Shown piece after piece: positions 30,301 to 40,700 of a DNA stretch of 64,000 nucleotides (its first letter is position 1; every line of letters begins with the position of its first letter). The stretch lies in contig CAVSHO010000009.1 in NCBI GenBank assembly GCA_963727825.1, positions 448,001 through 512,000 of the forward strand. Direction: 5' to 3'. Made by a program: the position numbers and the translations under genes. The stretch is from Ignavibacteriota bacterium (GTDB lineage: Bacteria; Bacteroidota; Ignavibacteria; UBA10030). The notes under the pieces are model-generated. The model did no database searches, was not told the DNA's origin, and saw only the letters and a list, made by a program, of their open reading frames with translations.

Positions 30301-32040
30301 CTACCAGAAAATAATATTGAGCGCAAGAAATACGACAAAGATTACCGCTGCCCAAACAATGGGGCGTTTGTAAAACGGTATATCGCCTTCCGAAGGTATT
30401 TCTGTGCATCCTCGCACCAATCCCACCAATTCGGATTCGGGTTTGGGTTTTGTCATATAACTTACAACAACTGTTACGATCACACAGATCAACCATGACC
30501 ATAATGCACGGTACATATTTTCCGCCATGTCTTTTGCATAAGGCGAAAGCGCAACGTATTTCAACGCGCTTGAATCAATTTTGACCCATGCCCACATGGC
30601 AACGGATGAACCGATACCAGCGAACAATCCCCAGAAGCCAGCCGCTTTCGTTGCACGTTTCCATAACATTCCAAGGATCACTGTCCCAAATAACGGCGCG
30701 ATAAAGAAACTGAAAAGCGCCTGAACATAATCCATAATGCTCGCAAATTGCTGCACAAGGTACACGGTACCTATACTGACAAAAACACCGATGACGGTGC
30801 ACCACCTGCCGATTTTCACATAGTGTGCATCTGTTCCTTCATTCTTCGTTAACTTGAGATGTATGGGTTTATAAATATCATACGTCCATACAGTGGCAAA
30901 TGCACTAACATTGCCAGCCATACCGGACATAAATCCTGCAATAAGCGCGGTAACACCAAGCCCCAATAATCCCGGACCGGCATATCGCGCAAGCATCAGT
31001 GGAAGTACTTCATTATATGTCTGGGCACCCGCTGCAATCGCCTGTTTATCATTTTCTCCAACGAGACCTGGAAGAACAGCCAATCCCAGTAGACCCGGAA
31101 GAATAACGATGAGCGGAACAAACATTTTAAACCCTGCACCAATAATTGGAGCAAGCTTTGCTGAACGTAGATCGCGCGCGGACAGGACACGCTGTACCAC
31201 AAGAAAATCTGTTGTCCAGTAACCAAAGGAAATTATCAATCCCAAACCGAATACAATCCCAGTCCAATGAATGCCCATTGGATTATCAGTGAATGACCCT
31301 GTCGTGCTCCACAGATGTGTGTAATCGCCTGCAGGAAAGTTATGGTGAATGCGCGCAACCATGCCCCCCCAACCTCCCGTTTCAATCATTCCGACAATGG
31401 GAACTATTAATGCACCAAGCCAGATCAACATAAACTGCAGCACTTCATTAAATATCGCAGAGAGCAATCCGCCAAGCACCACATATACCATCACGGTCAG
31501 CGAGGAAACCCATATACTAAAATTAATATCCCAGCCAAGCACTACCTTCATCACGATAGCCATCGAGTACATATTGATGCCGCTCATGAAGACTGTCATA
31601 AATCCAAAAGAGACCGCCGAAAGCTGGCTGGTGCCTTCACCGTAACGCAGCTTCAAATATCCCGGCACTGAGTGAGTCTTGCATATATAATAAAATGGCA
31701 TCATCACAATGCCGAGAAATAGCATAGCCGGAATAGCGCCTATCCAGTACCAATGCGTCGCAAGAATTCCGTACTGGTACGACGCTGCAGCCCAACCCAT
31801 CAATTCTAACGAACCCAAATTGGCTGCAACGAATGAAAGTCCGGCAATCCATGCCGTCATTTCTCTTCCTGCCATAAAAAAATCGTCGCCGGTTTTCGTA
31901 AATCGTAAAAGATAATATCCGATCCCCAGCACAGACAAGAAATAAATAACAATAAGAAGCGAATCCACCCCCCCCAGTGACATAATACTTGAGGGGTTGG
32001 CAAACAGCAATACGAGATGTGAATGAAGATTCCCTGGCAT
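30301..32040 (-). CDS. Sodium:solute symporter (SSS) family sugar transporter
   Basis: 'DFFMAGR', 'YLKLRY', 'LGGL.S', 'YWTTDFLVVQR', multiple TM helices. Confidence 0.95.
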   Translation of the reverse strand: MPGNLHSHLVLLFANPSSIMSLGGVDSLLIVIYFLSVLGIGYYLLRFTKTGDDFFMAGREMTAWIAGLSFVAANLGSLELMGWAAASYQYGILATHWYWIGAIPAMLFLGIVMMPFYYICKTHSVPGYLKLRYGEGTSQLSAVSFGFMTVFMSGINMYSMAIVMKVVLGWDINFSIWVSSLTVMVYVVLGGLLSAIFNEVLQFMLIWLGALIVPIVGMIETGGWGGMVARIHHNFPAGDYTHLWSTTGSFTDNPMGIHWTGIVFGLGLIISFGYWTTDFLVVQRVLSARDLRSAKLAPIIGAGFKMFVPLIVILPGLLGLAVLPGLVGENDKQAIAAGAQTYNEVLPLMLARYAGPGLLGLGVTALIAGFMSGMAGNVSAFATVWTYDIYKPIHLKLTKNEGTDAHYVKIGRWCTVIGVFVSIGTVYLVQQFASIMDYVQALFSFFIAPLFGTVILGMLWKRATKAAGFWGLFAGIGSSVAMWAWVKIDSSALKYVALSPYAKDMAENMYRALWSWLICVIVTVVVSYMTKPKPESELVGLVRGCTEIPSEGDIPFYKRPIVWAAVIFVVFLALNIIFW

Positions 32041-32074
32041 AACTCTCCTTATTTTTCAATGATTGTTAATAGAG

Positions 32075-33215
32075 TTACTTGGTTGTAAATTTATAAATTG
32101 TTGTTTGATGATAAACTTCACCCGGTTTAAGAGTGGCGGAGGGAAATTCCGGTTTATTAGGAGAATCAGGATAGCATTGAGCTTCTAAACATAAGCCTGT
32201 TCTGACGTTGATAGGATACACCTTTACCTTTTGCAGTTCCATCGAGGAAATTACCGGAATAAAATTGAAGTCCAGGTTGATCGGTGTAAACGGTCATCAG
32301 GCGTCCGCTCTTTTGTTCATACACTTCCGCCGCTTTTCGCACCTTCCCTTTTGTATAATTTTTAATGACCCAGTTATGATCGTATCCTTTCCCAAAGATC
32401 AACTGTTCAAACTGATCGTTGATTCGTGCACCGATTGCAGTCGGGGTTCGAAAATCCATCGGTGTGTTTGAAACGTCCATAAATTTTCCAGTTGTAATGA
32501 GTCCTTTATCGATGGGAGTGAAAGAATCAGCTTCAATGGTTAACAGATGATCAAGGATCGTGTTGTTAAGTGAACCAGATAAGTTGAAATAAGAATGATG
32601 TGTAGGATTAAAAATCGTTGTCTTATCTGTTGTTCCTTCATACACAATACGCAGCTCATTTTTATCCGTCAACGTATAGGTGACTGAGAGCGTAACAGTA
32701 CCAGGATATCCTTCCTCGCCATCCTGACTGATATATGTCAGTCGTAGCGATGGGCCGGCACTATTATGAACAGTCTTTGCAGTCCAAAGCTTCTTACTAA
32801 ATCCTATTCTCCCGCCATGGAGATGATTTACACCATCATTGACCGTAAGCTGATACTTTTTGCCTTCAAGTGTGAATTGGCCTTTGCCAATCCGGTTGCC
32901 ATAACGCCCGACAATAGTGCCGAAATAATTCGTGCTATGTATATATCCTTTCAGTGAATCATATCCAAGGACAACATCTTCATATTTTCCATTACGATCC
33001 GGCATCGTCAGTGAAGTGACTGTCGCTCCAAAGTTGAGGACTTTCAAGATCGCACCAGATTTGTTCGCTAAAGTATATTGATATACTTCGCGCCCATCTG
33101 GAAGCTTTCCAAAAAGAGTTTTTTCAATTATAGCATTATCCTTTTTGATCGCTGTAAAAGAATATAAAACATTCACTCCGGTGAGAAAAACACATAACAA
33201 TACCATCTTTTTCAT
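32075..33215 (-). CDS. galM: Aldose 1-epimerase (mutarotase), secreted; extra base near 32204
   Basis: 'GRYGNRI', 'NHLHGG', 'EEGYPG', 'HSYFNL', 'GYDHN', 'QFYSGN'. The shifted frame supplies the conserved tail 'GLCLEAQCYPDSPNKPEFPSATLKPGEVYHQTTIYKF'. Confidence 0.92.
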
Positions 33216-33508
33216 ACTCTATCCTTTCAATTGACTATACATTTTGGTTTTAGAGATTGTATAAAATACTATTCACAGAGTACAAATGCAAGCTTGTATT
33301 ATACTTTTCTCCTGTATTCATGTTTGAATATGGGCGGGCATTTCTTTCTCCCGAAAATATTTTCATAGTGAATCTGCGAATACATTAATTAATATTTACT
33401 GTCGAACTTTTTTATTCTGGTAAAATACATCATCCTCCATAATGCTGTTTGCACAACTCCATTTCTTCCTCTATAAATCCGTATACTCATATTTCGGAAA
33501 GAATGATT

Positions 33509-33557
33509 GATATATATCTATTTATTTCTTGATATATTTTGATATATATCGTATTAT
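33509..33557 (+). promoter_or_regulatory. sigma70 promoter overlapped by GATATATATC palindromes (putative XRE operators)
   Basis: Palindromes at 33509-33518 and 33541-33550, partial copy at 33531-33537; TTGATA (33529-33534), 17 nt, TATTAT (33552-33557). Confidence 0.6.
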
Positions 33558-33573
33558 TAGGCTGGAATAAATA

Positions 33574-34011
33574 ATGGCAACCTTAGCAGAAATTCGTAAG
33601 GCAAAGCAATTGAAAACGGTGGATATGGCCGTTCAGCTTGGGATATCTCAGGGATATTATTCCAATCTCGAGCGAGGAAAACGCCCATTTAATGACGCCC
33701 TTCTAAGAAAAACCGCCAAAGCACTTAGAGTTCCTTTGAGTACCACACGTGAAGCCATTAAATCACATCCTCATGACTCGTACACGTTAAAAAGCTGGAT
33801 GTCCTCTATTAAAATTAACGGCTTGCCGCTGATCAAGGCATTTCAATATTACACTGAAGCGCATGAGATAGAAGTCCAGGCACTTGATGATACAAAATTG
33901 AAAAAGAAAATGAAGGAATTTATTGAAGCGAACATTGGTTATTCTGTTTTAACGGAACTCTCGGAAAACAAAGTATTATTGAATCACATGCGTGAAATAC
34001 TAGGCAGTTAA
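33574..34011 (+). CDS. XRE-family HTH transcriptional regulator with unknown C-terminal domain
   Basis: 'LAEIRKAKQLKTVDMAVQLGISQGYYSNLERGKR' HTH_3 signature. Confidence 0.9.
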   Translation: MATLAEIRKAKQLKTVDMAVQLGISQGYYSNLERGKRPFNDALLRKTAKALRVPLSTTREAIKSHPHDSYTLKSWMSSIKINGLPLIKAFQYYTEAHEIEVQALDDTKLKKKMKEFIEANIGYSVLTELSENKVLLNHMREILGS

Positions 34012-34072
34012 TCGACTCTTCTTGAGAACGCTGTCTCAAAAAAATGAACAAAATACAACTGGTGGTATGCAT

Positions 34073-35056
34073 ATGAATACAATCGAAAAAATGCGGGAGG
34101 TCGCCGATTTGCTGGTCGATCAAAGAAAATTCAATGAAGCATATACTATCTTTGATGAATTGTACCGTCAAATCTGGAGTATCTTTGGGACAGTACAATG
34201 CAACTTATCAGCATATTCTAACAGCTACCTTAGACCAAGAATTTCTTCCGATTATCTGCTTAGGAAACAATATCCCGAACCAGCTGTCAATGTACTATGC
34301 GCTAGAATATATAACATAAACCTTTCTTTAATGCTCAACGAGTTCATCCAGGTTATGCAAGGCCATCTCCAATGTATCAGCTCATCATTGCAAGTGCGTA
34401 AAGAGATTGCTCCCGATGTCGTTTTAAATGAATTTGCGGTTCTCTATACGCTTGCCCTGCAACCTATTCAACAACGGAAACTTATTCCTATCTTCTCAAT
34501 CGCTACGGCTGTAGTTGACAGGAGCAATAGAGTAAGGCGTATCATATCAAATTATCCTCGAATTTATGTCGAAAAACTTCTGATAGAAGATGCTCAAAAA
34601 TGTAAGGATGATAAATTGAAATCAATCAATCGTCTATTGCTTGATTATCTTTTAAATATAGGGGAACGTAAAACAGAACTATTTAGAAGATTGTCGTGTA
34701 TTGTAGGCCCTTCCTATTATCGATTTCAATATAACCGGTATCGTTCCGATCGATATGATAAATACGAACAATATGAGCGCTATGAAAGATATGGACAGTA
34801 TGCTTCTTCTTCCTCTCATAAATTTTATTCGACGACTGCTACTGACGAAGAAAAAAATGCATACTATGGACAATTAATCGGTTTAATGGGAAAAGTTACA
34901 AAGGAACAAATCCGTTCAAAATACATTGGCTTGATTTCTCTCTATCATCCGGATCGGGTTCAACATTTAGGCCCTGAATTTAAAAAATTGGCCGAAACAA
35001 AATCAAAGGAAATTAACGCGGCTTACGATTGGCTGAAATCAAAATACCATATATAA
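34073..35056 (+). CDS. C-terminal J-domain (DnaJ/DjlA-type) protein with unknown N-terminal region
   Basis: 'IRSKY...YHPDRVQHLG.EFKKLAE.K.KEINAAYDWL'. ATG 34073 follows GGTGGT; an upstream TTG at 34022 is also possible. Confidence 0.85.
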   Translation: MNTIEKMREVADLLVDQRKFNEAYTIFDELYRQIWSIFGTVQCNLSAYSNSYLRPRISSDYLLRKQYPEPAVNVLCARIYNINLSLMLNEFIQVMQGHLQCISSSLQVRKEIAPDVVLNEFAVLYTLALQPIQQRKLIPIFSIATAVVDRSNRVRRIISNYPRIYVEKLLIEDAQKCKDDKLKSINRLLLDYLLNIGERKTELFRRLSCIVGPSYYRFQYNRYRSDRYDKYEQYERYERYGQYASSSSHKFYSTTATDEEKNAYYGQLIGLMGKVTKEQIRSKYIGLISLYHPDRVQHLGPEFKKLAETKSKEINAAYDWLKSKYHI

Positions 35057-35289
35057 TTTTATCTCTGAAACACCACTGCAATTGATATTTTCTTAGAATG
35101 AACATCTCAATCGTCATAATCCCTATCTGATTTTCCCCCTCCTGCTCCTGTTAATCTTTTCCCATTCGAAGCAATTCCAGTACTGACAGTCGCAATTTCT
35201 TAGCTTCATAAACATTTCATCTCGATGTTCAGAGGTGTTGTCAAACAAGACATAATTCGATCAGACAATCAATAGGAAGGAACCTTCCC

Positions 35290-35315
35290 TGCAACCTTTC
35301 TGAGTATCTATCGTA
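35290..35315 (+). promoter_or_regulatory. ECF (SigW-like) promoter upstream of the DUF4097 gene
   Basis: TGCAAC, 16 nt, CGTA, close to the TGAAAC-N16-CGTA consensus; 36 nt upstream of the ATG. Confidence 0.6.
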
Positions 35316-35351
35316 TGTAATTACATCATTATCTATAAATCGGAGGAAATC

Positions 35352-36161
35352 ATGCGGCCGCTCTTATTCATAACAATTCTCTTGTCGGTATTTATTTCAT
35401 CCGCGATATCCCAATCTTCTCGGGAAATCACTAAAACCATCCCGCTCAAATCGGATGGACTTCTCATCATTGACACCTACAAAGGAAGCATTACTGTCAC
35501 CACTAATGACAAACCGCAGGTTGAGGTGAACGTAAAGATAGAATCGGACGATGTAGATTCCCGGGATGCCGAACGAGATGTACAAGATACAGAAATTGAA
35601 ATTCACAGCACCGACAGAGAGGTAAGACTTCATACTAATTATAAGAAAGTTGAGCGAAACAATTATCACAATTTCTGGGATTGGATCACTGACCCGCACG
35701 AGACATCGAATTCACTCCCATTAGTCCATTATACCATTAAAATGCCTCGTACCGCGGAACTGAGGATCAAAGATTACAAATCGGAATCACACATAGAAGG
35801 ATTGAACTCGTACCTAACACTCAATACGTATAAAGGTACTGTGGAAGCTTTTGATCTCAATGGAGGAGTTGATTTAGAAACTTACAAAGGCGACGTACGC
35901 ATTTCTTTTGCAGAATTTAAGAGAGATAGCCATTTCGAGACTTATAAAGGAAAGATTGTTGTAAACATTCCAAAACGAGCCGGCTTTGAATTGCGAACGG
36001 ATTTCGAAAGGCGTGTGGATTTTAGTACAGACTTCGATGTAGAAACTCACGAGCGCGACAGAAAGCACCACCATTATGATTACTCAGGGAAAATCAATGG
36101 AGGTGGCCCGACGCTTGAGTTTAATAGCAATAAGGGAGATATTCGGTTACGCGCTAAGTAA
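35352..36161 (+). CDS. DUF4097-like beta-strand repeat protein (secreted)
   Basis: Signal peptide; repeated 'TYKG.I/V' strands; C-terminal 'GKINGGGP.LEFNS.KGDIRL'; GGAGG RBS. Confidence 0.8.
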   Translation: MRPLLFITILLSVFISSAISQSSREITKTIPLKSDGLLIIDTYKGSITVTTNDKPQVEVNVKIESDDVDSRDAERDVQDTEIEIHSTDREVRLHTNYKKVERNNYHNFWDWITDPHETSNSLPLVHYTIKMPRTAELRIKDYKSESHIEGLNSYLTLNTYKGTVEAFDLNGGVDLETYKGDVRISFAEFKRDSHFETYKGKIVVNIPKRAGFELRTDFERRVDFSTDFDVETHERDRKHHHYDYSGKINGGGPTLEFNSNKGDIRLRAK

Positions 36162-36280
36162 TATGAACTATTCGTAACTTCCGTCAATATACATGGAAAC
36201 AATATAAGGACAAGCGAATGACCCAATGCAATAAAGACTTACAATTATTCATCCCTTAATTCAATGATTGCTGCATCTTT

Positions 36281-36324
36281 AAAAACAAATTGCCCGACTA
36301 TATGATCGGGCAATTTGTTTTAAA
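36281..36324. terminator. Bidirectional intrinsic terminator
   Basis: AAAACAAATTGCCCGA/TCGGGCAATTTGTTTT perfect stem between convergent genes. Confidence 0.85.
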
Positions 36325-36459
36325 TCGATCTAAAAATAATTATTGATAACTTTTCACTACAGATTGCTAAGATTAGTAAACTTCTCGATAACCATTCGTT
36401 TGGTCTATCCGTGGTTCAATTATTTTTTTTGCATTCCAAACCTTTGAACATTTCTACAT

Positions 36460-37458
36460 TTATTGTGACAATGCTTCCTTAGACAGCCACTTTCTCCAGC
36501 TCAGCATCCAATCATCTACATTTTCTTTCGAGACCGGAGAAAGTTGAATATACATGCGTTCTTCAGCAGGGGTACGATTCTTAAGTATTTTCTCAATTAA
36601 TATCTCTATTGTTTTACATCCAACCTGGAAACAATTCATACCAACAAGACCCTGCACATAGCCATCCTTTACGTATTCTAATTCTGCAGGAATTGCATTG
36701 CCGGCAACCGCTTTGACTTCACCCGGATTCCACTTTAAACTGTTCTTAGCTTGGAGCACGATACTGCTGAGAAAAATCCATCCTTTGATATTGGGATTGT
36801 TTTTTTGTGCACGCTCGACAGTTCTAGATGCCTGATCGGGAATTTCTATACTATAGTAGATATCATCGGGAGAGAGAGAGAGACCTGGATATTTTTTTAA
36901 TCCATCACCGATGCCCTGTAGACGAGGTTGCAGGTTCGATGCATTTTTATTCCCCGCCAGGACTGCAATAGATCCCTTCCCTTTCATTTCTATCGCAAGT
37001 TCCTTCAAGAGTGATCTGCCAAACTCAATATCGTTCGTACCACAATAAGCAAATCGTTTGCTTTTCGGCGCATCGGAATAAAAGCACAAAACCGGTATCC
37101 CTTTATCAATCGCTTTATCAATTACAGACGTTAGATAGTTAGCATCTATGCAAGAAATTGCAATCCCACTCACACCTGAATTAGAAAAACGCTCGATTGC
37201 AGCCGCTTGTTCTTGGACATCTTCCACATTTGGAGTCTGCCAGTCGATATTAATTTCGACATTATATTTGGCGCCTAATTCTTTCGCTACTGCGCGCGCG
37301 CCGGAATATGTCGCTACGAAAACAGGGTTCGTGGCAAGTCTTCCAATCATACCAATGGTAATTTTCTGTTTGTTAGAATTATTGTTACCGGCGAGGCCCG
37401 ATATCGGCATATTGATAATAAAAACAATACAGAAGAAAAGAACGAGTCTATATCGCAT
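36460..37458 (-). CDS. Periplasmic sugar-binding protein (RbsB/Peripla_BP_4-like), orphan
   Basis: Signal peptide; 'NPVF', 'GIAIS', 'KGIPV', 'SDAPKSKR.AYCGTND'. Confidence 0.85.
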   Translation of the reverse strand: MRYRLVLFFCIVFIINMPISGLAGNNNSNKQKITIGMIGRLATNPVFVATYSGARAVAKELGAKYNVEINIDWQTPNVEDVQEQAAAIERFSNSGVSGIAISCIDANYLTSVIDKAIDKGIPVLCFYSDAPKSKRFAYCGTNDIEFGRSLLKELAIEMKGKGSIAVLAGNKNASNLQPRLQGIGDGLKKYPGLSLSPDDIYYSIEIPDQASRTVERAQKNNPNIKGWIFLSSIVLQAKNSLKWNPGEVKAVAGNAIPAELEYVKDGYVQGLVGMNCFQVGCKTIEILIEKILKNRTPAEERMYIQLSPVSKENVDDWMLSWRKWLSKEALSQ

Positions 37459-37756
37459 AATATCTGCACTCCTTATTTTTATTCGTGAGATACAATATGT
37501 TTTTGCGAAATATTCTATATCAACCCTGTTGGATTGCAGAAATCTACATTTTCATTTTATATCTTGATACGTACATACGGAAAATGACAATAATAATCAA
37601 ACGAATAGGTACGAATTCAGAACATTCTTAAGCATCTCCTGTCTTTTTTTTTAGACGACGGCTCATTCTATCTATCCCGTTAGGTTTCTATGCAGGATTA
37701 TCCTGTTTTTGGCGGAGGCGGAATTACTAGCCAAAGATTATATGAATTTGCTATGT

Positions 37757-40700
37757 TTAATCCTTCTTCGCATCCAGAACCTCACGTACTATTCTTAAAA
37801 CTTCATCTGGAGTATATGGTTTCTGTATAAATCCTTTTACTCCATGTGCCGCAAGTTCAGATCTCACATCCCGTTCAAAAAATCCGCTGGCGACAATGAC
37901 ATTGACATCTGAGTTGATTTCTCTAAGTTTTTTAAACACGTCCATTCCTGTTATACCCGGCAAACCCATATCGGTGATAACGAGGTTAATTTCATGTTTA
38001 TGTAATTTGTATATGTTAATTGCTTCATTGCCGTCTTTTGCAGTATGTAATTTGTACCCTTTGGATTCGAGCAAGAGACGCACTACCTCTAAAAGAACTT
38101 CTTCATCCTCTACAAGTAATACCGTCTCTGTGCCTCCTGTTGCAAATGATTGGGTTATTAAAGAAACATCTGCCGATTGTTCACTCACAAGCGGTATTGG
38201 GAAGTAGAGCCAAAAGGTTGTTCCGCGTCCCACTTCACTCTCGAAATCTATAAAGGCATGATGCGATTGTACAACACCATAGACAACAGCGAGGCCAAGT
38301 CCGGTTCCTTTCCCTTTTTCTTTAGTAGTAAAGAACGGATCAAAAATTTGGCGGCGTGTTACTTCGTCCATCCCCATGCCCGTATCTGTTACGCTTATGC
38401 AGATATATGAATCTTGATCGGCAACAGGAATTCTTTCTTGTACTTGGTTCTTTGTTTTTTCCTCCGCTTTAATAGTGATTGTACCACCGTTTGGCATCGC
38501 ATCCCGGGCATTCACACAAAGATTCAGCATTACTTGATGAATTTGTGTGCGATCAGCATTGATAAATGGAATATTTTGATCAACAATCTCTGTGAAGGTA
38601 ATTACCTTAGGAAATGTTTGCCTGAGCATAGAGAGGAGCTCATGTATCAAATCGTAAATGCTTATAGGCTCAAATACGACATCCGTTTTCCGTGCGAATG
38701 TGAGAATTTGTTTAACAAGTGCTGTACCACGCCCGACAGCTTGTTTAATAATTCCAAGACTTTCATTAAATCTTCCCGGGCTTAATGTCCCTTTTTCCAT
38801 CAGTGATGAGTACCCTAAAATAATCCCAAGGATGTTATTGAAGTCATGCGCAATACCTCCGGCAAGCGTGCCAATGCTTTCCATTTTTTGCGCTTGAAAC
38901 AGTTCTTGCTGAAGCTTTTTTTGTTCCGTGATATCCTGACCTTGTGCAATTGTGGATACAAGTGTATGGCCATCTGCTGCATAGATGTTTGCTGAACTCC
39001 ATATGACATTGCGGACATTTCCACTCTTGCAGAGAATAGGAATTTCGACCGTTATTAAATGATCGCCCTCTGATGTTGGTGCGATTAGGGATAAAGAAGA
39101 TTCTCTACTCTCGATAGGGAGCAGTATTTCCAGATGTTTACCAATAACTTCCTGAAGCGTATAGCCAGTCAACTTCTCAATTGCCACATTGAATCGAGTG
39201 ATTTTAAAATTAGGATCCCAGACAATAATGGGCGTATTTGCGAAACTGAGAAGGTTTTCAAGGTAGTCGCGAGTTTCCCGCAATGCCTCTTCCGACCGCT
39301 TGCGCTCGGTGATATCCGAAAGAGTCGTCCGAATTCCTACTATTTTTCCCTGTTCATTTCGGAGAATAACATCATCAATAAGAGCTGGAAATGATGTTCC
39401 ATCCCTACGGACAATGAATTGCTCAGAGTTTTTATCAGGAGGAAGATTACCTGCCAATTTCTCAAGAGTTCTTTTTCTTGATTCCTCATTATCAGCAACA
39501 AACTCCCACACTGGAAAACCTATCATTTCTTCACTTGTGGTGAAACCTAACATCTTCAATTCTGTTTGGTTCACAGCACTAATATTTCCAAGCTCATCTG
39601 TCTCGTGATATCCAACTGGAGCTTCCTCAAACAATTCTTTGAGCTTCTCTTCGTTTTTTCTTAGTGCTTCTTCTGCCCTTTTGCGCTCGGTAATATCTTT
39701 GGAAATACCAAAAGTGCCAATAATCTCACCTTCTTTATCTCGCAAGGGCATCTTTGTAGTAGTCACCCATGTCTCGCTTCCATCAGGCCATGTCTCCTTC
39801 TCTTCTAATCCTATCAATGGCTTGCCTGTTTTTATAATCTTCTGCTCATCTTCAAAAGCTGGCTGGGCATGTTGTTCAGCAAAAAAGTCGAAATCCGTTT
39901 TACCTACGGCTTCTGCTGGGTCGCTCAATCCAAATCTCGTAGCTTGAGATTTATTCATTCTTATAAAACGGCTCTCTTTATCTTTGAAATAAATAGTGTC
40001 GGGAACGTTATCCATCAACATATTCATAAGAAACTGTTCCTTTACCAACGCTTCTTCCATCCGCTTGCGTTCGGTAATGTCATGTACCTGTACCAGCAAG
40101 ATATGTACAATGTCCTTGATCATCAAATACAGGTGCGATGCTCACTTCACCGGTGACCAGTCCTGTCGGATATTCAGTTGTTTCTTCCCATCGCACAATT
40201 TCCTTCTTTAGAATTGCTTCCGCATATTTATCCAATACGAGTGTTAACGATGGCTCCGGGATAACATCCTGCACTCGTTTTCCAATTATTTGATTGGCTT
40301 GTAAGCCAGTGGCCGTGAGAAAACATCGATTGACGGAAGTAAATATATAATTCCCTTCCTTTTCTACTTTCAGATTATAGATAACATCGCCAACCGTATC
40401 GTAGATTAAAGAAATCTGCAGTTCTCTCTCCCGCAACGCCCCCTCCGCTCGCTTGCGCTCGGTGATGTCGCGATCAATACCAAGCACCATCTCACGCCCT
40501 CCCAAAGTGACAATCGATGTAGAGGTCTCGATGGGGAAGATATGTCCATCTTTATGGCGATGGGTGGTTTCCTTGTGAAGAATACTTTTTTGCTTAATGT
40601 TCTCAAGATGGGTAATGCACTCTTCTGGTGTTCTCACTGCCGTGTTGAGCATATCTATGGAATGGCCAACCAGTTCCTCGCGTGTATATCCGTTCATCCG

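Noticed and set aside
31968-31975. G8 tract near the start of the SSS symporter as a phase-variation switch
   Set aside because: It is short, in frame (Leu-Gly-Gly-Val), and there is no evidence of length variation.
33240-33310. AraR-like operator upstream of galM
   Set aside because: Only partial TGTA/TACA matches in very AT-rich sequence; no convincing palindrome.
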